In this document: positions 45,707 through 55,361 of the stretch, piece after piece
Layout of the letters: the number at the start of each line of letters is the position of its first letter
Numbering within the stretch: position 1 is the stretch's first letter
Source of the DNA: a virus
IMG/VR virus record: IMGVR_UViG_3300031344_000007
Span: 7,083-71,082 of that record
Direction: 5' to 3' (one strand)
DNA length: 64,000 nucleotides
The notes under the pieces: generated by a model
The model's input: only the letters and a program-made list of their open reading frames with translations
What the model was told of the DNA's origin: nothing
Database searches by the model: none
Position numbers and translations under genes: made by a program

Positions 45707-47611
45707 ATGAGTAAGATATTACGAGCAGGTGAAATAGGATTCGGGATTTTGGTGGAAAATGATGCAGGATTTATTAATTCAAATATTAATAAAGATATTC
45801 TCAATGAAAATTTTGAACTTAAACCTAATGAACCAGTTATGGTTAATTGTATATTACAAAAATGGGGCGTTAAAAATAAAAATGGTCGTATCTATCCTAA
45901 AGATGTTTTAGTACCACAAGTTAAATTATATCAAGAATTGGTTGATACTAATAGTGCAGTATCAGAAAGTGACCATCCTGATTGTGTTCAAGCATCTAAT
46001 TCTCAAATACTTACAAAGAATGGTTGGAAGTGGTTTAAAGATATTAGCGATGAAGAAGAAATTTTGACATTAAATGTTGAAACAAATCAAATTGAAATTC
46101 AAAAGATTGATAAAAAAATATATATGCCATATGAAGGTAAAATGTATAAATTTCTTAGTAATTCAATTGATTTAACTGTCACCGCTAATCATAGATTTTT
46201 ATTGGAGAATTCTAAAGGTAATAGAGAATATTATTATGCCAAAGATATTTATGATAATAAAAATAATATTTTATCATCGGGTAAGTATAAAATACTAAAA
46301 ATTGCTGATTGGAACGGACAATATTTAGAATATTTTACCATAAATGGAGTAAATAGAAATACATTAAGTTTTAATTTAAAACACGATTTAATTGAAAAAT
46401 ATATAAAATCTATTAATATTAAATCAGAAGATTGGTTTGCATTTATGGGAATATATCTAGCTGAAGGTCATTGTTCTGGAACAAAATCAAATCAATATAA
46501 ATTAAAAGGATATGATGTCGTTATAACACAAAAAAATGAAGAAAAAAAGAAATTAATTGTTGATTTATTAAATAAAATGCCTTTTGAATATTGGATATCT
46601 GAACATGAAGATGGAAAATGTCAATATCATATTGCAGATGCTAGATTATATGATTATTTATATGTTTTAGGTGATTCACATAATAAATATATACCAATTG
46701 AATTAAAACAAGCATCTTCCGATTTATTAAAAATATTATTTAAATGGTTTGAATTGGGTGATGGGAGATTAGTAAAAAACAAAATTACTAATAAAATACG
46801 AAAAGAATCGGTTTTTTCAATATCAAAAAATTTAATTGAAGATTTACATGAAGTTTTAATTAAAATTGGTGGTAGTGGTAATATTACTACATATCAACCA
46901 AAAAATAGGGAAATTATTGACCATAAAATATTAAAAAAAGAGATTGTTCTTTCAGATGGAACTATTGAATATGTTAATGAAACCACTGATAATAAAAGAC
47001 TAATTAAATCCGAAAATAGTCATTTACAATATAATTTAAATATTTCAAGAACAAAACATATTTATTTAGATAAAAGATGTATTGAAATCTCTGAAATAGA
47101 TTTTAATGATAATATTGCTTGTATAAGAGTAAAAAATGGTAATTTTTTAATTAAAGTAAATGGTAAATCTCATTGGACGGGTAATTCGTCAATTATTTCA
47201 CTTCAAAATATTTCACATATGATTACTAAAATGTGGTGGGGTACTGGTGAGCAAGAAAATGTTTTATATGGTAAATTAAAAATAATTGTTAGTCCGGGAT
47301 ATATTAGATATGGTGTTGTTTCAGTAATTGGAGATAAAATTGTTTTGTATTTACAAAACAAAATTAAATTAGGAATTTCAAGTCGTGGTGTTGGAACACT
47401 AAAAGAAATAAATGGTGAAAATTTTGTTCAAGGAGATTTTGAATTAATTGGTTTTGATTTAGTTTCAACTCCAAGTACTCCGGGTGCATATTTGTTTCCA
47501 GAAAAACATGGTGATAAAAGTTTTGGTGAGAATTATGTAAATAAAAATGGTATTCTTATTAAAGAAGATGAAAATAAAATAATAAAAGCAATTAATAATT
47601 TCTTATTATAA
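45707..47611 (+). CDS. Prohead protease (T4 gp21-like) with intein
   Basis: NKNGRIYP, ESDHP, LGISSRGVG, FDLVSTPSTPGAY. Confidence 0.92.
   Translation: MSKILRAGEIGFGILVENDAGFINSNINKDILNENFELKPNEPVMVNCILQKWGVKNKNGRIYPKDVLVPQVKLYQELVDTNSAVSESDHPDCVQASNSQILTKNGWKWFKDISDEEEILTLNVETNQIEIQKIDKKIYMPYEGKMYKFLSNSIDLTVTANHRFLLENSKGNREYYYAKDIYDNKNNILSSGKYKILKIADWNGQYLEYFTINGVNRNTLSFNLKHDLIEKYIKSINIKSEDWFAFMGIYLAEGHCSGTKSNQYKLKGYDVVITQKNEEKKKLIVDLLNKMPFEYWISEHEDGKCQYHIADARLYDYLYVLGDSHNKYIPIELKQASSDLLKILFKWFELGDGRLVKNKITNKIRKESVFSISKNLIEDLHEVLIKIGGSGNITTYQPKNREIIDHKILKKEIVLSDGTIEYVNETTDNKRLIKSENSHLQYNLNISRTKHIYLDKRCIEISEIDFNDNIACIRVKNGNFLIKVNGKSHWTGNSSIISLQNISHMITKMWWGTGEQENVLYGKLKIIVSPGYIRYGVVSVIGDKIVLYLQNKIKLGISSRGVGTLKEINGENFVQGDFELIGFDLVSTPSTPGAYLFPEKHGDKSFGENYVNKNGILIKEDENKIIKAINNFLL
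45983..47185 (+). mobile_element. Intein with LAGLIDADG-type endonuclease
   Basis: DHPD|CVQAS...VTANHRF...FMGIYLAEG...FELGDG...HWTGN|SSII. Confidence 0.88.
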
Positions 47612-47709
47612 AAAAGATATATAAATAAGAATTTTAGCTTATAAATACACTTTTTCATAAAAAGAGTGTATTTATATAAAAATTATGATATTAGTTATAC
47701 ATTAATAAT

Positions 47710-49350
47710 ATGAAAGACGATAAAAAATCATCGATAATCAAAGAAGCATTAACTGATTATAATACAATTAAGGAATCTGCTGAAGCTAATGCCAAGCAAA
47801 AATTAGCTGAAGAATTTCCTGAAAAGTTTAATAACTTATTAAAAGAAGAATTACAAAATAAAAATAAAAAAACAAAAGAGTCATATAAAAAAGTTGACGA
47901 AACTAAAGAACCTATAGTTGTAGGTAAAATTGAATCAAACAAAGAATCTGATATGAAAAAAGATGTAAAAGAGACCAAAAAGGTTGAAGAAACTGCTGGA
48001 AAAGATGGTGTATTCACAATACCAGCAAAAAAAGTGGCAAAAGTTGAAGAAACTGCTGGAAAAGATGGTGTATTCACAGAAAAACCAAAAAAAATTGAAA
48101 AGGTAGAGGAAGATGTAAAAATCACTGATACTGTTGGTAAGGGTGACCCATTTAAAGAAAAAGCTAAAGTTACTAAAAAAGTTGAAGAAACTACTAGTAA
48201 AAATAAACCACTTCAAACTGAAGAATTTAACATAACAGAACTTGATGTTGATGGTGTTGGTTCTGCTTTAGAAGGTGCAGAAAATGAAGATGAAGTTATT
48301 ACAATGGATGAAATCGAACAAGAGATTTCAACAATGCAAGGACTTGGTGAAGAACTGAAAGGTATTAAACCAGAATCACCTTCATATATGGAAAAAGACA
48401 ATAACGGAAATGCATTTAATCAATTAGTTAGTATGAGAAATCAAATCGATGAAATGATTAAATCAATGGATGGTAATAATATGGAAGAAATGCATGCTGG
48501 TGGTGCAACTGATGGTGCTCAAACTTATGGTACTGACAGTCAAATATCAACACAACACGCACAAGGTCCTACCGATAAACTTATTGACGAAAAAAACATA
48601 GAAGAAATGCATCAAGGCAATTTTCCTATTGACAAAATGCATGCTGGTGATTATGATAATAAACTTATTGATGAAGAACCGATTACTAATAAAGATGTTG
48701 AAGCTGTATTAGGTGGTGGTGTTTCAGAAAGTGAAATCGAAGAAAGTAAAACACAAACGCTTGCAAATATGAAAAAAGTAACGGCAGCTATTCCCGGTAA
48801 AGGATATAGAGATACTGCTGCAGCAAATAAAATGCGTAGTGGTCTTCAAACCGAATCTGAGAAAAAACTTGGTGGTTTAATTGATGAAAATAAGAAATTA
48901 ACAAAACAATTAAATGAAACTAAGAAATATAAACAATCAGTAACAACATTAGTAGAACAATACAAATCTGCATTGGGAAAATACCGTAATCAATTGAAAG
49001 AAATGGCAACATTCAATACCAATTTGGCTCATGTAAATAACCTTTTAGTAAATGAAAGTTTGGCATTAACACAAGATGATAAAATTAAAATTATCAATGA
49101 ATTTAAAAAAATTGATACAATCGCTGAATCATTGAAAAAGTATAAAACAATCCTTACAGAAATGAAAGGTAGTCGTAAAACTTTAACTGAAAGCATTGAA
49201 AACAAAGTATCTGCTTCGATACAACCGTCTTCAAAGCAAAAACTTGATGAAGTAGTTGAAAAAACAGCATACGAAAATAATGAACATATTAATAGAATGA
49301 GACAATTAATTGAGTATGCAGAAAAAACAAGAAGCAAAAAAATAATTTAA
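47710..49350 (+). CDS. Prohead core/scaffold protein
   Basis: Acidic coiled-coil protein located between the protease and the MCP. Confidence 0.7.
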   Translation: MKDDKKSSIIKEALTDYNTIKESAEANAKQKLAEEFPEKFNNLLKEELQNKNKKTKESYKKVDETKEPIVVGKIESNKESDMKKDVKETKKVEETAGKDGVFTIPAKKVAKVEETAGKDGVFTEKPKKIEKVEEDVKITDTVGKGDPFKEKAKVTKKVEETTSKNKPLQTEEFNITELDVDGVGSALEGAENEDEVITMDEIEQEISTMQGLGEELKGIKPESPSYMEKDNNGNAFNQLVSMRNQIDEMIKSMDGNNMEEMHAGGATDGAQTYGTDSQISTQHAQGPTDKLIDEKNIEEMHQGNFPIDKMHAGDYDNKLIDEEPITNKDVEAVLGGGVSESEIEESKTQTLANMKKVTAAIPGKGYRDTAAANKMRSGLQTESEKKLGGLIDENKKLTKQLNETKKYKQSVTTLVEQYKSALGKYRNQLKEMATFNTNLAHVNNLLVNESLALTQDDKIKIINEFKKIDTIAESLKKYKTILTEMKGSRKTLTESIENKVSASIQPSSKQKLDEVVEKTAYENNEHINRMRQLIEYAEKTRSKKII

Positions 49351-49378
49351 TTAAAAATAAATATTTAAATAAAAAAAA

Positions 49379-51067
49379 ATGGGATATTTAATGGAATCTG
49401 CGGAAGTTGGAAACATTGGTTTAAAACAACTCCGTGAACAAAGAGAAATAACTACTAACAGATGGGAAAAAATCGGTTTGTTAGAAGGTTTGGAAGGTAA
49501 TGTAAAAGAAAATTGTGCTCAATTATTCGAAAATCAATTGTCACATATGATTAATGAATCAAGTGATTCTTCTTCAAGTGGTCAATTTGAAACAGTTGCA
49601 TTCCCTGTAATTAGAAGAGTATTTGCTAAATTGTTAGCAAATGATATCGTGTCTGTACAAGCACTTAACTTACCTATTGGTAAATTGTACTTTATTAACC
49701 CTAAAACAAGTGTTAGAGTAAATAGTTCTACTACAACAACTACTCCGGGTAATTTGCACACATCACCAGATGGTGCTTATGGTAATGCTGCTGAAAAGGC
49801 TGCTACAAGTTTAACACAATTTGAAACACGTTCATTATATGATGCATTCTATGCAACTTCATATAATGATGAAGGTACTTCATTATTTGACCGTTCAAAA
49901 GGTACTATGTCAGTAATTTCTGGAACAACTGCACTTTCATTACCTTTCACAATTGGTACTGACAAATTTGCAACCATAACACTTAGCGGTTTTTCAACTA
50001 CTAATGATGGTAAATTAATTGGTCCTGCTGGTGTTCAAATTGATAGTGAATCTTTCCTTGCTGGTTTGCATATCACATCAACTAAAACTTTTACCGCACC
50101 TGCTCCTTATGCAAGTGAAACTATAGTAGCTGGTAATCCTATTCCTTTCAATGTAAAGGTTCAGAAATATGGACAAGGTATTGTTAACAAATTAGGACAA
50201 ATTGTTTTCAATGTTGACCTTCAATATCCGGGTGCAAATGGTTATCAACCATTATCTGGCACAACTGGTGCAACAGTGTTCTATGCAACATATAGAACAT
50301 ATAGTGACCTTGAAGAAGATTCAAGAATGGCTGAAGTAACTTTCGTACTTGACCAAGTAACAGTATCTGTAGAAACACGTAAAATGCGTGCTATGTGGAC
50401 ACCTGAATTGGCACAAGACGTTAGTGCATTCCACAATATTGATGCTGAAGCTGAATTAACAGCTTTATTGTCAGAACAAATGGCTGCTGAAATTGACCGT
50501 GAAATTCTTCGTGACTTACGTAGAGGTGCTGCTTGGACTGCTCGTTGGGATTACAATGGACTTCGTAAAGGAACTAACACTTATTATGGTGTACAGAAAG
50601 ACTGGAATCAAACTTTGGTAACAAAGATTAACCAGATTTCTGCTCAAATTCATAAATCAACATTGCGTGGTGGTGCATCATGGGTAGTTGTATCTCCTGA
50701 AGTATCTGCAGTATTTGATGACCTTGAATATTTTCACGTAAGTAATGCTGCTCCTGAACAGGATAAGTATAATATGGGTATTGAAAAAATTGGTACTCTT
50801 AGTGGAAGATATTTAGTATATCGTGACCCTTATTCACCAGCTAATACAGTATTAATTGGTCATAAAGGAACAAGTATCTTGGAAACAGGATACATATATG
50901 CTCCATACGTTCCAATGCAGTTAACACCTGTGATGTATAATCCGTTTGACTTCACACCCATACGTGGTATCATGACACGTTATGCTAAGAAAATGGTATT
51001 AAATAGATATTACGGTAGAATCTACTGTGATGGTTTACAGACTTTTGGAATTGGTGACTTACAATAA
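49379..51067 (+). CDS. Major capsid protein (T4 gp23-like)
   Basis: GLLEGL, WTPELAQD..AFHNIDAEAEL, EIDREIL, GYIYAPYVP, GIMTRYA. Confidence 0.95.
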   Translation: MGYLMESAEVGNIGLKQLREQREITTNRWEKIGLLEGLEGNVKENCAQLFENQLSHMINESSDSSSSGQFETVAFPVIRRVFAKLLANDIVSVQALNLPIGKLYFINPKTSVRVNSSTTTTTPGNLHTSPDGAYGNAAEKAATSLTQFETRSLYDAFYATSYNDEGTSLFDRSKGTMSVISGTTALSLPFTIGTDKFATITLSGFSTTNDGKLIGPAGVQIDSESFLAGLHITSTKTFTAPAPYASETIVAGNPIPFNVKVQKYGQGIVNKLGQIVFNVDLQYPGANGYQPLSGTTGATVFYATYRTYSDLEEDSRMAEVTFVLDQVTVSVETRKMRAMWTPELAQDVSAFHNIDAEAELTALLSEQMAAEIDREILRDLRRGAAWTARWDYNGLRKGTNTYYGVQKDWNQTLVTKINQISAQIHKSTLRGGASWVVVSPEVSAVFDDLEYFHVSNAAPEQDKYNMGIEKIGTLSGRYLVYRDPYSPANTVLIGHKGTSILETGYIYAPYVPMQLTPVMYNPFDFTPIRGIMTRYAKKMVLNRYYGRIYCDGLQTFGIGDLQ

Positions 51068-51091
51068 GTCAATCGATTAATAATATTTCTT

Positions 51092-51126
51092 AAAAAGAAC
51101 CCATATAAAATATGGGTTCTTTTTTT
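51092..51126 (+). terminator. Rho-independent terminator after the MCP gene
   Basis: AAAAAGAACCCATAT-AAA-ATATGGGTTCTTTTTTT. Confidence 0.85.
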
Positions 51127-51263
51127 ATATAAAATATTCGTATATTGTCTAAAAAAGAATTTAATTATTATTATTTCACCCCAATTTAAAGATTTTTATT
51201 CGATGAATTGTATTTATGATATAAATTATATATCTTTGTATCATAAATAATTTATATAAAAAT

Positions 51264-52907
51264 ATGGAAAAATACAATATTCCTATTGAGATTAGAACTA
51301 CAATATATAATAAATATAAATTAGGAGTTCGAATGAAAAAAATTGGTGAGGAATATGGATATTCGTTTACCGTGGTTCAAAAAGTAATTAATTCATTTAA
51401 TTATGAAAATCAAATTAAAAGTAATTATCCTCAGAAAGAAGGATATTATATAGTTGCTATTTGTAATCAAACATTGAAAGAAATAAAGGATTATAGAAAT
51501 GAATCGGGTGCTATTGCTGAACATGTCTTTAAATTATATCCAGAGGAAGCAAAAAACAGTAAATTTATTCGCAAATCAAAAGAATATGAAACTGGAAAAT
51601 TTTGGTATGATAAATATTTTACTTTTGATTATAGGAAATTTAAAGAAGTTAAAAATTGTCATTATTGTGAATGGACAACTGAAGATATAGAAAATTTATC
51701 TGGTGCATATAAAAAACATTTAATGATAAACCATAATTTATCTCCAGAAAGACACATAGAACAAGTACCTGCAGACCAATTTTATTTTAAAAAAAAATTA
51801 CCTCTAAAAGATGGGGTTGTTTGTGCGATTTGTGGTAAAAAATTACGTATATTAAATCATAAACATTTAATGCGTAAACATAATATTTCATTATGGGAAT
51901 ATAAAATACAATATGGTACTGATAATATGGTTTCACCATCAACTAAAATCAAACTAAGCGATTCATGGAGTATAAATTTAAAAAATCAGGGATTTAAAAA
52001 ATCTTCGAGTTATGAAACTGATATACTATCAATTTTAAATAAAAAATCATTAGTTTCTGGTGATAGAACTGTATTAAATGGTCTTGAAATAGATATTTAT
52101 GATACTGAATTAAAAATTGGTTTTGAAATTAATGGCATTTATTATCATTCAGAAAACAAAGGAAGAAAAGATAAATATTATCATCTAAATAAACAAGAAC
52201 TTGCAAATAAAAGTGGGGTTGAATTAATACATATTTTTGAAGATGAAATATATTATAAAAAAGAAATTGTTATTAATAAAATGAAACATGCATTAGGTAT
52301 TAATGATAATGAAAAATTATATGCAAAAAATTGTGAAGTAAAAGTAATTGATTCGATAATTGCAAATACATTTTATAATGATAATCATATTCAAGGTTAT
52401 TCTCCATCATTAATTGATTTAGGTCTTTATTCTGAAGATATTTTAGTTGGGGCAATGTCATTTGACAATAAACGATATATGAATAAAGAATTAATTCATA
52501 ATTCAAATATTTATGAATTAACTAGATTCACCACATCAATTAAATATATTGTAGTTGGTGGTGGTGGTAAATTATTGAATTATTTTATTACCAAATATAA
52601 ACCAATAAGAATTATTACTTTTGCTGATAGGCGATGGACAATCAATAGTAACGATAACTTTTACACTAAATTGAGATTTAAATTAGTTAAAACATTAAAA
52701 CCTGATTATATGTATGTTAATGGAAAAATTGATAGATATAGAAGATTACATAAATTTGGTTTTGGTAAAAACAGTATTAAGAAAAGATTTCCTGAAATAT
52801 ATGATGAATCTAAAACAGAGTGGGAAATGATGCAAGAATTAGGTTATGATAGAATTTGGGATTGTGGAAAATTTAAATATGAATTAATGTTAAATATTAA
52901 AGTTTAA
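51264..52907 (+). CDS. Hef-like homing endonuclease
   Basis: LEIDIY..FEINGIYYHS, LIHIFEDE, ELTRF, ITFADRRW, RIWDCG. Confidence 0.75.
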   Translation: MEKYNIPIEIRTTIYNKYKLGVRMKKIGEEYGYSFTVVQKVINSFNYENQIKSNYPQKEGYYIVAICNQTLKEIKDYRNESGAIAEHVFKLYPEEAKNSKFIRKSKEYETGKFWYDKYFTFDYRKFKEVKNCHYCEWTTEDIENLSGAYKKHLMINHNLSPERHIEQVPADQFYFKKKLPLKDGVVCAICGKKLRILNHKHLMRKHNISLWEYKIQYGTDNMVSPSTKIKLSDSWSINLKNQGFKKSSSYETDILSILNKKSLVSGDRTVLNGLEIDIYDTELKIGFEINGIYYHSENKGRKDKYYHLNKQELANKSGVELIHIFEDEIYYKKEIVINKMKHALGINDNEKLYAKNCEVKVIDSIIANTFYNDNHIQGYSPSLIDLGLYSEDILVGAMSFDNKRYMNKELIHNSNIYELTRFTTSIKYIVVGGGGKLLNYFITKYKPIRIITFADRRWTINSNDNFYTKLRFKLVKTLKPDYMYVNGKIDRYRRLHKFGFGKNSIKKRFPEIYDESKTEWEMMQELGYDRIWDCGKFKYELMLNIKV

Positions 52908-52948
52908 TTTTTTCATTATATAAGTATTTATGTAAAAATATTATATAT

Positions 52949-53404
52949 ATGAAATTAAAATCGGTATTAATATTAGTTTTAGTGTTTATTTTAAGTTTAG
53001 TATTAAAATCACAGACATATAGTGAAAAAAAGATATTTATTAAATATAGTGATTGGGATTTTAAATTAAGTTATGCAAGTCAAATAAGTATTTCATCGTA
53101 TGTTACAAAACAAGAAATTTTAACACATAAGGATTTTAAACAAAAAGAAAAATCACTATCGGTATTATCAAAATATAGATATGAATTAATTTTAATCAGT
53201 AAATCAACAATAGATACTAAATTAGTAAATACATGGATTTTTAATACACGTGTATTTATTAATGATATTGATATAAATAAAAATCGATTTCCAAATGGAT
53301 TTACTGTACTTATAAAAAATAAACCTACTTTAATATATTGGTATGAAACAGATGCCGATTCGATTAATATTAAAATTACTTGGGAAAATTGTAAAAATTT
53401 TTAA
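52949..53404 (+). CDS. Secreted/periplasmic hypothetical protein
   Basis: Signal-peptide-like N-terminus ending ..LKSQ. Confidence 0.55.
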   Translation: MKLKSVLILVLVFILSLVLKSQTYSEKKIFIKYSDWDFKLSYASQISISSYVTKQEILTHKDFKQKEKSLSVLSKYRYELILISKSTIDTKLVNTWIFNTRVFINDIDINKNRFPNGFTVLIKNKPTLIYWYETDADSINIKITWENCKNF

Positions 53405-53411
53405 TATTAAT

Positions 53412-53864
53412 ATGAGCACAATTTCGCAATGGCATAAAAAAGGAAATAATCATAAAATGTTAAAAAAAACTAATAACAATTCAACAACTGATAGTTCTAC
53501 ACCAAAAATTGTTCAAATTGGTGCAAATACTGAAATCCTTTTTACTATAAAAAGTTTTTTTGGTTTAATTGGTGCTATTTTAATGATTTTTTATGGTTTT
53601 TATCAACTTGTTATAGTACCAAAAGAAAATTCTATGGAAAAACATTATCAGGAAATGTTTGATGCGCAAAGAGGACAAAACACAATTTTTTATCAAGACC
53701 TTGGAAATATTAATTCTTCACTTGGCTCATTAAATTCAACAACGAGTTCATTGGTTGAAATGATAAATCAAATAAAAACGAATAATCAATCACCATCCAA
53801 AATTGGTGGTTCTATTGGTAGTACAAATTATAATAAATCAACCAATAGTATTGCAATAAAATAA
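53412..53864 (+). CDS. Membrane protein
   Basis: One TM helix; start adjusted to MSTISQW. Confidence 0.55.
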   Translation: MSTISQWHKKGNNHKMLKKTNNNSTTDSSTPKIVQIGANTEILFTIKSFFGLIGAILMIFYGFYQLVIVPKENSMEKHYQEMFDAQRGQNTIFYQDLGNINSSLGSLNSTTSSLVEMINQIKTNNQSPSKIGGSIGSTNYNKSTNSIAIK

Positions 53865-53867
53865 TCA

Positions 53868-54152
53868 TTAATCTTCTTTAATTTCAATTACTTTAATTAA
53901 TGTAAAACCTTCTGCAATTTCTACATATGCATCAATTCTTTTTTTCATTGTTTCATACGTTCTAAGCAAAGTATTTTGAATAGTTTCTACATTAGTTTTC
54001 ATTGGACATTTATCTTCAGACCAAATTTTCCATTCGAGATTATGTGGATTTGGTTTATATTCACCATAAAAAAATAATGATTCTTCTTTAGGATTAAATT
54101 CAACTTTAATCCTTTGATTTTCTTTTCCTTCAATTTTTACTTTCCATTCCAT
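53868..54152 (-). CDS. Hypothetical protein
   Basis: 94-aa ORF. Confidence 0.6.
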   Translation of the reverse strand: MEWKVKIEGKENQRIKVEFNPKEESLFFYGEYKPNPHNLEWKIWSEDKCPMKTNVETIQNTLLRTYETMKKRIDAYVEIAEGFTLIKVIEIKED

Positions 54153-54176
54153 GTTTTTAAGTTTTTAAAATGAATC

Positions 54177-54248
54177 TTTAAAATATTATCATATTTATTA
54201 TTCATAATCAAATAGTTATATGCATTATCGTATATATAATAGTTAGGC
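54177..54248 (+). repeat. attI-like anchor, copy 1
   Basis: 43-bp repeat (one mismatch to 58451-58493), with GTTAGGC starting 23 nt after its end. Confidence 0.6.
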
Positions 54249-54260
54249 ACAATAAAAAAG

Positions 54261-54491
54261 CTACTCATTTTTCTTTGCCTTGTTTAATATATTATCAAAT
54301 ATTTCCTTCCATTTAGCTTTATCCTCTTTCGATTGTTTTGGAGCTTTTTTGCACTTATGCTTTGAATACTCCCATCTTTCAAAATCATCACCATATACAG
54401 GAGCTTGCCAAGGCATCCGTATTTTCATTATTGGTTTAGCAATTATTTTACCACACCAAGGGCATTTCGGAGTTTCTCTATATACTGCCAT
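54261..54491 (-). CDS. Cassette ORF, small Zn-ribbon protein (MAVYRETPKCPWCG)
   Basis: Bounded by GTTAGGC...GCCTAAC. Confidence 0.6.
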   Translation of the reverse strand: MAVYRETPKCPWCGKIIAKPIMKIRMPWQAPVYGDDFERWEYSKHKCKKAPKQSKEDKAKWKEIFDNILNKAKKNE

Positions 54492-54508
54492 TATTAATAG
54501 TTTACTGT

Positions 54509-54638
54509 GCCTAACACATGCTATAAAAAATAGCGGTTTTAGTGGTTTGCACAAGGTTTATACTTCTATTTAATTTCATTGCATTTTGATAATTTATATC
54601 TTCGATTTCCGCTACTTTTCATAGCATCAACGTTAGCC
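54509..54638 (+). mobile_element. attC-like site 1
   Basis: GCCTAAC-ACATG-CTATAAAAAATAGCGG...CCGCTACTTTTCATAG-CATCAAC-GTTAGCC, 130 bp. Confidence 0.75.
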
Positions 54639-54644
54639 GTCAGT

Positions 54645-54905
54645 TTAAAGTCGGCACGATGAACAACCTTCGTACAGTTGTTCAAATCCCATTTCTTTTA
54701 ATTTTTCTTCGAATATTTTAGTACATTTATTACACATGCAAATCTCTTCCCCATTTACACCTAATGTAACTTCGCCGTTTCCAACACTTTCTCTATTGAA
54801 TACTTTTTTATATTCAAGAAAACACATAGCAGGGTCATTGTAAGATGGTTCATTAAATTCACTTCCGCAGCAATTGCATTTAAAAACTTTTCTATAATTA
54901 CTCAT
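54645..54905 (-). CDS. Cassette ORF, Cys-rich protein
   Basis: Bounded by GTTAGCC...GGCTAAC. Confidence 0.6.
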   Translation of the reverse strand: MSNYRKVFKCNCCGSEFNEPSYNDPAMCFLEYKKVFNRESVGNGEVTLGVNGEEICMCNKCTKIFEEKLKEMGFEQLYEGCSSCRL

Positions 54906-54946
54906 AATTATTTGTTTTAAAATTAGTTACTAAATAAAAACCGAAC

Positions 54947-55077
54947 GGCTAACACAACCTATAACCAATAAAGGTTTTAGTGGGTAATTGCAACGTTGTG
55001 GCTCGCATCAGTTTCGGTATATTTTGACAGGCACGAAGCCCGTAATCCTTTACTGGTCATAGCTTCGACCGTTATGT
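54947..55077 (+). mobile_element. attC-like site 2
   Basis: GGCTAAC-ACAAC-CTATAACCAATAAAGG...CCTTTACTGGTCATAG-CTTCGACC-GTTATGT, 131 bp. Confidence 0.75.
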
Positions 55078-55081
55078 GGCA

Positions 55082-55279
55082 TTAAACCCGAATGCTCACA
55101 ATTATATCACCCTTATTTAGTTGCATAATTGTTTTTGCAGCATTTGACAATCCATTATCATTGGTATTTTCAACCCACACTTCATAATCTTCACCATATT
55201 CATCTACTTCTGGCAAGTCTTTAACCAATTCTTTCAACTCTTTAATTGTAATTCCTGTTTTATTTACTAATGCTTTCAT
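55082..55279 (-). CDS. Cassette ORF, hypothetical (MKALVNKTGITIKELKE)
   Basis: Bounded by GTTATGT...ACATAAC. Confidence 0.6.
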   Translation of the reverse strand: MKALVNKTGITIKELKELVKDLPEVDEYGEDYEVWVENTNDNGLSNAAKTIMQLNKGDIIVSIRV

Positions 55280-55361
55280 AATAATTAACGCCACATAACA
55301 ACGTGTATAAAACATTGCCTTTTGTGGTCTTTTTTAAGTTTATACCAAATATTTAAGTAAG

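Noticed and set aside
33366-51067. Stop-codon reassignment as in some Bacteroidota phages
   Set aside because: Core genes are intact in code 11, TAG ends terL, and no suppressor tRNA was found
54280-54573. + strand ORFs in the cassette region (also 58692-58901, 58930-59121)
   Set aside because: Antisense to better-looking minus-strand genes, with atypical composition
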